From an uncultured archaeon (GTDB taxonomy: Archaea > Asgardarchaeota > Lokiarchaeia > Sigyniarchaeales > Promethearchaeaceae): a DNA stretch of 13,869 bases. The notes under the pieces were generated by a model. That model was given only the letters and a program-made list of their open reading frames with translations, did no database searches and was not told the DNA's origin. Within the stretch, counting starts at the first letter, position 1, and each line of letters begins with the position of its first letter. The stretch covers positions 31,798 through 45,666 of the forward strand of contig CAYRPF010000001.1 in assembly GCA_964426185.1 (NCBI GenBank), read 5' to 3'. The position numbers were made by a program, and so were the translations under genes. Shown here one piece after another: positions 1-5,986 of this stretch.

Positions 1-657
1 GTGCAAGTTTACCACGGGGTTTTAAAAAATTATTTATCAATGGTAGGCTAGACACAACATGATAAGTTGGATACGCTTTACTATCTTCGAATTGTTGAAA
101 AGCTTGGAAATGATCATTCTTTAAGCAAGCTTTTGGATTAATTTGACATGATCCTGTTAATATCTCCTAAATAATAAAATGAACCTTATGTTCCATATGG
201 CGTTTTTCATTCCATTAGGACACACATTAATCCAGAGTAACCCTTTGGAATTGACATAATTATTTCTCACTCGTTTGATCGAGTAAACACTGGAAATTTT
301 GGTGTGTTCTCAAATCGATTCTTAAAGGAAGTTTAATGGATTAATAATGTCATGGATAAACCAATACCAAAATAAGGGAATTTACATGAATCAGTTAAAT
401 TAACCACAGAGAAGGCTCAATCGGAGGAATTTCATTTTAACTATAATTCTTCTCCTTCGAAAAGATACAATAAATCATCACACAATAAATAATTCGCAAA
501 GGGGATCAGAACAAAATATTGAAAATTTTGCGATTCATCCAATAAAGACAGAATATTCCCAAAATTTACCCAAAAAGGCAAGTTCCATTCATTTCTGCTC
601 CCTTTGGAAACACGTTTCTTTTGTCCTTACTGTGGAATAAGTCTAATATTGCGGTAG
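1..657 (+). pseudogene. Possible degraded gene remnant (membrane-anchored protein with C-terminal Zn-ribbon)
   Basis: No long ORF in 660 bp, but protein-like fragments switch frames. These are a TM-like IGGISF (frame 3, 420-437) / ILTIILLLRK (frame 2, 434-463), a polar linker, HFCSLW (frame 2, 590-607) and FCPYCG...stop (frame 1, 619-657). The 5' boundary cannot be seen. Confidence 0.35.
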
Positions 658-660
658 TGC

Positions 661-1776
661 TTATTTTTTCCATGATTTCAATCCTTTTTTCTTTATAACC
701 TTCTCCAAGCGACTTTTCTTTTCTTCCAATGATTGTTTAAGATTGGATGAAGTATCTTCCAACTTTTCCTGCCACTTATCCTTAACATTTTCAGAAAATT
801 CGGATAGATTTTCACCCAATCGTGCAATGGCAGGTTTATCCTTATCTGGTATAACTGCTTCAGCAAATTTCAACTCTTGCGAATATACATCACAAGGAAA
901 TTCATCTGGTAATTCTTCTGATTCCCATCCTCCTTGCTCTAACCATTCTATGGCTCGTTGATATGCCAAATCGATCCACTCTTTAGAGTGTGAAAAATCA
1001 AATGGGTCTAACCTGGAATCATTAATTGAAGGGAGAATATGAATGGATACTTGTGTTCGATAATAATGATAGTCAGAAATCAGTTGACGGGTTAAAACAT
1101 AAAGAAATAAGCGCGCCAGCACTTCTTCTAAATTTTTTGGATCGGCATCTGGCGTATTTGGGTAACCGATATGAAAAACCACTATGTTATTTGCACCGAG
1201 CTTCACCGCGGTGGCAATTGGGCTATTATTGACCACACCTCCATCAACAAGCATCATATTGTGCATGTACTGCGGAGGATAAACCATTGGAATTGCAATG
1301 CTGCTCATGAGTGCTTCCAAAGCAATGCCTTTGTTAACAACAATTTCACGACCGGTCTTTAGATCTGTAGCAATTGCATAAAAAGGTATAGCGGTTTCTT
1401 CCAATCGGGTAAATGGTATAGAGCGTTCAAGTAATTTTCGGATATTTTTGGGCGATATCAAATATTTACCAAAGGTAGAGAGGTTTTTTAAAGGAGTAAT
1501 GGGAGATGGTGTAAATACATCATTAAATTTAACTTTATGCCAGATTGACTCGAGATTTTTTACTCCCTCAAGGGTTGGGTCATAAGCATAAAGTGCTCCA
1601 TTCAAACTGCCGACCGAGGTTCCGAGAACAATATCTGCTTTAATTCCTTTTTCGGTGATCGCTTTTAATAAACCGACTTCAACTGCACCGAGGCTTGATC
1701 CACCAGAAAAGACGAAAGCTGTGCGTTTTACGGGAGTATGTGATGATGATGAAAATATTTGTGAATTATTTGACAT
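661..1776 (-). CDS. Patatin-like phospholipase/acyl hydrolase with a C-terminal amphipathic helical extension
   Basis: Gly-rich oxyanion loop SGGSSLG, nucleophile elbow GTSVG (GxSxG), ATDL motif, S-x-AIP-x-x-YPP and catalytic Asp motif DGG. AAGGA lies just upstream of the ATG. Confidence 0.93.
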   Translation of the reverse strand: MSNNSQIFSSSSHTPVKRTAFVFSGGSSLGAVEVGLLKAITEKGIKADIVLGTSVGSLNGALYAYDPTLEGVKNLESIWHKVKFNDVFTPSPITPLKNLSTFGKYLISPKNIRKLLERSIPFTRLEETAIPFYAIATDLKTGREIVVNKGIALEALMSSIAIPMVYPPQYMHNMMLVDGGVVNNSPIATAVKLGANNIVVFHIGYPNTPDADPKNLEEVLARLFLYVLTRQLISDYHYYRTQVSIHILPSINDSRLDPFDFSHSKEWIDLAYQRAIEWLEQGGWESEELPDEFPCDVYSQELKFAEAVIPDKDKPAIARLGENLSEFSENVKDKWQEKLEDTSSNLKQSLEEKKSRLEKVIKKKGLKSWKK

Positions 1777-1857
1777 GTTTCCTTAAATTGTATGTGTTGA
1801 TTACTAAAAAATGTGTGGGTAATTTTAAGATTCATCTGAATTCACCCAGAAATCAAG

Positions 1858-2313
1858 TTATTTTGGGTGTTCATTAAGATGTTGCAAGGCTTTTTTGGGA
1901 TAATATTCAACCGTTATATGTGGACTGAGCAAATTTGCCAACCGTATACCTTCGATATCATTCATCCAAGCACGAATGACTACTGGTTTCCTTTCTTTCT
2001 TCAAAAAAATTTCGATTTTCCAATTGGGCACCTTCACTCGAATATACAGAATTAAAATTCCCACAAAGAAGAGAATTGTGGCCAATCCCCACCACAGCAT
2101 TTTTCGTTTGGTATTGAATTGAATCTTCACCTTCTCAATTTGGTTAAATTGAATATATGCCGGCGCGTGAAATTGGGAAAGAAATTGAATATTCTGTTTG
2201 TTTACGTTAAACCGGATTGCTTGACCGTACAATTCATTATGATATTTTACAGGCTCAATACGGTTCAAAAACTGAATTTTGGGAGAATGTGGGGGGTTTT
2301 GAGCAGTAATCAT
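1858..2313 (-). CDS. Hypothetical membrane-associated protein (beta-rich flanks around one hydrophobic hairpin/TM segment)
   Basis: 151-aa ORF, co-oriented with and 15 nt downstream of 2329..2814. Hydrophobic stretch LWWGLATILFFVGILILYI. Confidence 0.75.
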   Translation of the reverse strand: MITAQNPPHSPKIQFLNRIEPVKYHNELYGQAIRFNVNKQNIQFLSQFHAPAYIQFNQIEKVKIQFNTKRKMLWWGLATILFFVGILILYIRVKVPNWKIEIFLKKERKPVVIRAWMNDIEGIRLANLLSPHITVEYYPKKALQHLNEHPK

Positions 2314-2328
2314 GATAATCAGACATAT

Positions 2329-2814
2329 TTAAATTTGGACAAACACAATTAAGAGTACGAATAAAATCACATCCAAGCCAATTTCTAAGACTACGGTCCA
2401 TTTTTTAGCCGTCAAATCAGGAATCCAACTAAACCAGCGATTTCGTAGTTTATCGATTTGAGGATGAATAATTGGGCCTTTCTTAAGAAGAGGTCTCCGA
2501 ATATACCAATCAATAATATCTGGAAGAATAGCAGCCAGCATCACCCACCAATAATTGGAAAAATATAAGATTAGTAAAGCTAAAGTGCCACCGTAGACGA
2601 AAACTACATGATAACTAACCCAAAACACATCGTGATATTGGGGCTCAGGCATATGATAGGTCATTTTAGCCAAACAATCTAATAAAACATGCGATAAAAT
2701 GGCTAAAATCGTGCTAAGTATGATTATGATCCAAAATGGGACGCCCATTGTTTCCAAAAGGGAACAAGCACGAAAAATCCAAATTCCAACTAAAAAGTGT
2801 GTAGTTGATTGCAT
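2329..2814 (-). CDS. Integral membrane protein, putative metal-dependent hydrolase (YdjM/DUF457-like motifs)
   Basis: About 4-5 hydrophobic segments with metal-ligand-type motifs THxxxG, SHVLLD, LPDIID and additional His residues. Confidence 0.7.
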   Translation of the reverse strand: MQSTTHFLVGIWIFRACSLLETMGVPFWIIIILSTILAILSHVLLDCLAKMTYHMPEPQYHDVFWVSYHVVFVYGGTLALLILYFSNYWWVMLAAILPDIIDWYIRRPLLKKGPIIHPQIDKLRNRWFSWIPDLTAKKWTVVLEIGLDVILFVLLIVFVQI

Positions 2815-2821
2815 TAATTTA

Positions 2822-2905
2822 ATAAATCAAATTATCAATTTATTTTATCTGTATTTATCAATTTGATTTATCTGAATTAGATGAATACCATAGATGACAT
2901 TGTCA
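2822..2905. promoter_or_regulatory. Repeat-rich divergent intergenic region (candidate operator sites)
   Basis: Perfect 12-bp inverted repeat ATAAATCAAATT (2822-2833) / AATTTGATTTAT (2860-2871). 18/20 direct repeat at 2832-2851 and 2855-2874. Palindrome TGACA-T-TGTCA at 2895-2905. Confidence 0.45.
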
Positions 2906-2978
2906 GCAAAAGTTTTTAGCCACCATTTTTATTTAACATATACTGACATAATAGTGCGTAAAAATAGGAGATATCTTC

Positions 2979-3737
2979 ATGGAAAAATCAGAAAATATTG
3001 CTTCTCAAAACAAATCTCACAGTAAATCTCACAGTAAATCTCACAGTAAATCTTTAAGTAGATCTCACAGTAATATGGTGTCAGTCCGCTTAGATCATTC
3101 CACTATAACGCAGCTAAACTTAATTGGAGAGCAACAGCATCTGAAACGCAGTGACATTGCCCGTTCTTACCTAAAACTTTGTCATAATGTGTTAGTAAAA
3201 ACCGATCAAGATATACAACTTTTCGACGGCTCACGGGTGTGTTTCTTCCCTAAGGATTTGCTTAAAACCTTCTATTCAAAGCTAACTCCAAAAGAATTGA
3301 TGACGATTGGAGATCGTATGGCGCTAATTGCCTATACAAATTGCCAGATTGAATCATTTCAAACTCCCCTTGAACGTATTTCCTACTTGGAGCAACTAGG
3401 GTGGTTGGAAATTAACCGAATTCGATTAGTGGACGCCGAAGGAAACGGATGGATTTATCATGCGATATCAGCTCAAGGTATACCTTTGGATTTCGTTCAT
3501 GCCATGTTGTATCGACTTCTATTTCAAAAGCGCATGCCTGATGAATTGAATGCCCGAGATCTGAAAGAAAATTTTAAAAAGGTGACAAAAAAGTTCAAAA
3601 ATTCTGCTTTGGAAAAGTTGTTGCCCCGATTTTTAAAGGAAATGGGCCCACATATTGAAAACTTTGATGAATACACCACTCTCTATAAATTTGATGTTTT
3701 AAGAGAGCAACTCGGTGAACTCAGCATGGAAACCTAA
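2979..3737 (+). CDS. Ribbon-helix-helix (CopG/MetJ-like) domain protein, putative transcriptional regulator with a C-terminal ligand-binding-like domain
   Basis: RHH pattern MVSVRLD-helix-RSDIARSYL at about aa 33-65. SD-like AGGAG upstream of ATG 2979. Alternative ATG at 3075. Confidence 0.7.
   Translation: MEKSENIASQNKSHSKSHSKSHSKSLSRSHSNMVSVRLDHSTITQLNLIGEQQHLKRSDIARSYLKLCHNVLVKTDQDIQLFDGSRVCFFPKDLLKTFYSKLTPKELMTIGDRMALIAYTNCQIESFQTPLERISYLEQLGWLEINRIRLVDAEGNGWIYHAISAQGIPLDFVHAMLYRLLFQKRMPDELNARDLKENFKKVTKKFKNSALEKLLPRFLKEMGPHIENFDEYTTLYKFDVLREQLGELSMET
3012..3071 (+). repeat. In-frame 12-bp tandem repeat (AAATCTCACAGT x3 plus 2 degenerate copies) encoding KSHS-KSHS-KSHS-KSLS-RSHS
   Basis: Exact units at 3012, 3024 and 3036. 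Degenerate units at 3048 (AAATCTTTAAGT) and 3060 (AGATCTCACAGT). Confidence 0.95.
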
Positions 3738-3798
3738 TTACAATATAAATCAACTTATGAATTGAATCCAATTTTCAATCAAGAGAATACTGGATGGA

Positions 3799-4251
3799 TT
3801 AATCAGTTAGCTGCTTAACCATTTCAAAGGATTCACCGAATTTCGCATCGGAAACTTTCCCTATTTTTTTATAGCCACGTTTAGTATAGAAATTTACAGC
3901 ATTAATACTCGCATGCAATTTCACTTCTTCTAATCCATTTTGCTTGGCTAATTGCTCCAGTGAATCCATTAATTTATTGCCAATTCCCTTCCCGTGCATA
4001 TCAGGCCTCACAAAAACCGATCCAAAAAAATTTTTGCTGATGGTTGCAGTTCCAACTATTTCATCCAATTCTTCTGCCACCAGCACCAACTGTTTTTGTG
4101 CAGTTTCAATAAGATGTTTCGGTGTATAGAGTTTAACCATCCGATTGATTACATTTTCGGGATAATATTGGCTGTTAATTTGTTTGAGATTAGCGATTAT
4201 TAATTCTGAAACGCTCTGAGCATCTGCATTCCTAAATTGACGAGTTATCAT
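3799..4251 (-). CDS. GNAT family N-acetyltransferase
   Basis: Acetyl-CoA binding motif A VFVRPDMHGKGIG and motif B ASINAVNFYTKRGY. Confidence 0.95.
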   Translation of the reverse strand: MITRQFRNADAQSVSELIIANLKQINSQYYPENVINRMVKLYTPKHLIETAQKQLVLVAEELDEIVGTATISKNFFGSVFVRPDMHGKGIGNKLMDSLEQLAKQNGLEEVKLHASINAVNFYTKRGYKKIGKVSDAKFGESFEMVKQLTD

Positions 4252-4463
4252 ACCGATTTCTTCCCAATTATTATTATAGGTGGAGGTTCCTTAAAAAAGT
4301 TGAAGAATTAATTTTACAAAATCTCATAATTGTAGCATATTTATTCATTTTATCGTTGAGTATTCATCCCATTTTTATGGTACAGCACAAGATCTTTTAT
4401 ATTTAAGGCAATCAATATATTTAAAAGGAGATATTGATAACATTAATAATAGAGTGAATTATC

Positions 4464-5177
4464 ATGGCTACTCAAGGTATAGATTATGAATTTGAAATAG
4501 TTGATCGACCCACTTTTACATACGTAAAGGTACTTTTAAAGCAAGGTCAAGAGATTAAATGCGAACGTGGTACAATGATGTTTTTTGAACCAACGTTGGA
4601 AATTCAAACCCGCAAAGCGGAAAAGGGCTTTTTAAAATCTATCGCTCGTAAATTGGCAGGGGAAACATTCTTACTGAACTATTTTGTGGCAAATAATAAT
4701 GGATGGGTTGCTTTAGCCCCATCATTTGCTGGAGATATGATGCACATTCCTATTGAGTTGGGTAAAAGTTGGGTTGTATATTCTGGAGGTTATATTGCCA
4801 GTTCTCCGCAATTAACCCAGAAAACCCGTTTTATGGGGGTAAAAAAGAGTATATTCAGCGGTGAGCGTGCTTTCTTTATAGATGTCAGCGCCACTGAAAC
4901 CCCTGGTGATTTATTTATAGGTGCAAATGGCTCTTTCATAGAGTGGGATTTGCAACCTGGGCAGATACTTAATTGTGATAATGGCCATTTAGTTGCCATG
5001 GAATCTACCGTCAGTATGGATATTAAACGTGTTGGTGGATGGAAATCGACTTTATTAAGCGGAGAAGGTGTAGTAGCTCAGTTAACGGGACCTGGAAAAG
5101 TAATAATGCAAAGCAGAAACCCACAAGAGTTTGCCTTATGGCTCTATAAGTTTATGCCGCATGATTCAAGAAGCTAA
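4464..5177 (+). CDS. TIGR00266 / AIM24 family protein
   Basis: Typical three-repeat pattern: L-x-x-G-Q-E-I-x-x-E-x-G-x-M, GETFLLN, LAPSFAGD, SGERAF, DNGHLVA, SGEGVV...GPGKVIMQSR. Confidence 0.92.
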   Translation: MATQGIDYEFEIVDRPTFTYVKVLLKQGQEIKCERGTMMFFEPTLEIQTRKAEKGFLKSIARKLAGETFLLNYFVANNNGWVALAPSFAGDMMHIPIELGKSWVVYSGGYIASSPQLTQKTRFMGVKKSIFSGERAFFIDVSATETPGDLFIGANGSFIEWDLQPGQILNCDNGHLVAMESTVSMDIKRVGGWKSTLLSGEGVVAQLTGPGKVIMQSRNPQEFALWLYKFMPHDSRS

Positions 5178-5200
5178 TTTAACATTAGGGCTTCAAGATC

Positions 5201-5214
5201 TTTTTTTTTTCTTT
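5201..5214 (+). terminator. Oligo-T archaeal-type terminator after the AIM24 gene
   Basis: T10 run at 5201-5210 (followed by CTTT), 23 nt downstream of the stop codon. Confidence 0.6.
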
Positions 5215-5419
5215 AAAAAGTGAATTGGGCAATCATTAGAAAAATTCCAACAAAAGTTGTCAACAACCGTATTTAAATGGTATCTTTAATTTATAATAGA
5301 TAGTATTACAATACTTTGATAGATTGTGTTTTCTGAAATTCGAAATTCCGATTAGGGATGAAGTGGAGATCACCAAAAATCGCAAATACTATTCTGAATT
5401 TTAAATAAGTGTGAAAGAT

Positions 5420-5911
5420 ATGGCAGATGTAAGTGAAAAATTACAAGAATTGCAAGAAAGCATGCAAAAGCTGCAATTATTGAAACAAATTGGCGCGAAT
5501 AACCTAATTCAAGAACAAGAAAAGGAAATTTACCAAATTCAGCAAGAAATTATGAAAGTGAATGAATCTACTTCGCTCGATGCATTTGAAGTAATTCTTC
5601 CCAAAAAATGCAAATTTTGTCCTGAAAAGACAACCGATGAAGAGCGATTGGAATGTTATGAAAAAAATTATTCAACTTGCAAACGTAAACCTCCAAAATT
5701 TGCGAATATTTTGAATTTTAATGCGTTGAAATTGTTTTTGAGTTATATTGCGGTTTTAGCCTTACTCTTTGTTTTCTTGATTCTGACAAATATTTTTTCC
5801 ACCTATTTCCCAGATAATCGTTTGTTGGTGTTTGTATTTTCTTTTACAGGTTTGGCTTTGGTGGTAGCCGCTTTTTGGAAACCTTACCGCAGATTGCATT
5901 CTGCTTTATAG
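5420..5911 (+). CDS. Hypothetical protein: N-terminal coiled coil, CX2CX11CX7C motif, two C-terminal TM helices
   Basis: ORF open from GTG 5411; ATG 5420 preferred as start. Q/E/L heptad-rich N-terminus, CKFC...C...C, and two hydrophobic segments near the C-terminus. Confidence 0.8.
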   Translation: MADVSEKLQELQESMQKLQLLKQIGANNLIQEQEKEIYQIQQEIMKVNESTSLDAFEVILPKKCKFCPEKTTDEERLECYEKNYSTCKRKPPKFANILNFNALKLFLSYIAVLALLFVFLILTNIFSTYFPDNRLLVFVFSFTGLALVVAAFWKPYRRLHSAL

Positions 5912-5955
5912 TTGTAATTAGAAAATTGAAAAATATAATCAAAATCCGTTAATTT

Positions 5956-5979
5956 AATAATTCAATAATTCAATAATTC
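5956..5979 (+). repeat. 8-bp tandem repeat (AATAATTC)x3 immediately upstream of the methyltransferase start
   Basis: Exact units at 5956, 5964 and 5972. The TTG start is at 5987. Confidence 0.9.
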
Positions 5980-5986
5980 AAACATC

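Noticed and set aside
1-141. Pyrrolysine or stop-codon recoding at the in-frame TAG (49-51)
   Set aside because: The same frame also contains several TAA stops and a TGA, and the other genes terminate normally. Decay or non-coding sequence is the simpler explanation.
3012-3071. CRISPR array interpretation of the short repeats (also 5956-5979 and 2832-2874)
   Set aside because: The units are 8-23 bp, directly tandem without unique spacers, and no cas genes are present.
4411-4457. 8-bp hairpin ATCAATAT/ATATTGAT with AGGAG in the loop and a 7-codon TTG uORF before AIM24
   Set aside because: The stem is AT-rich and weak, and the SD-to-start spacing is only 3 nt. Likely chance.
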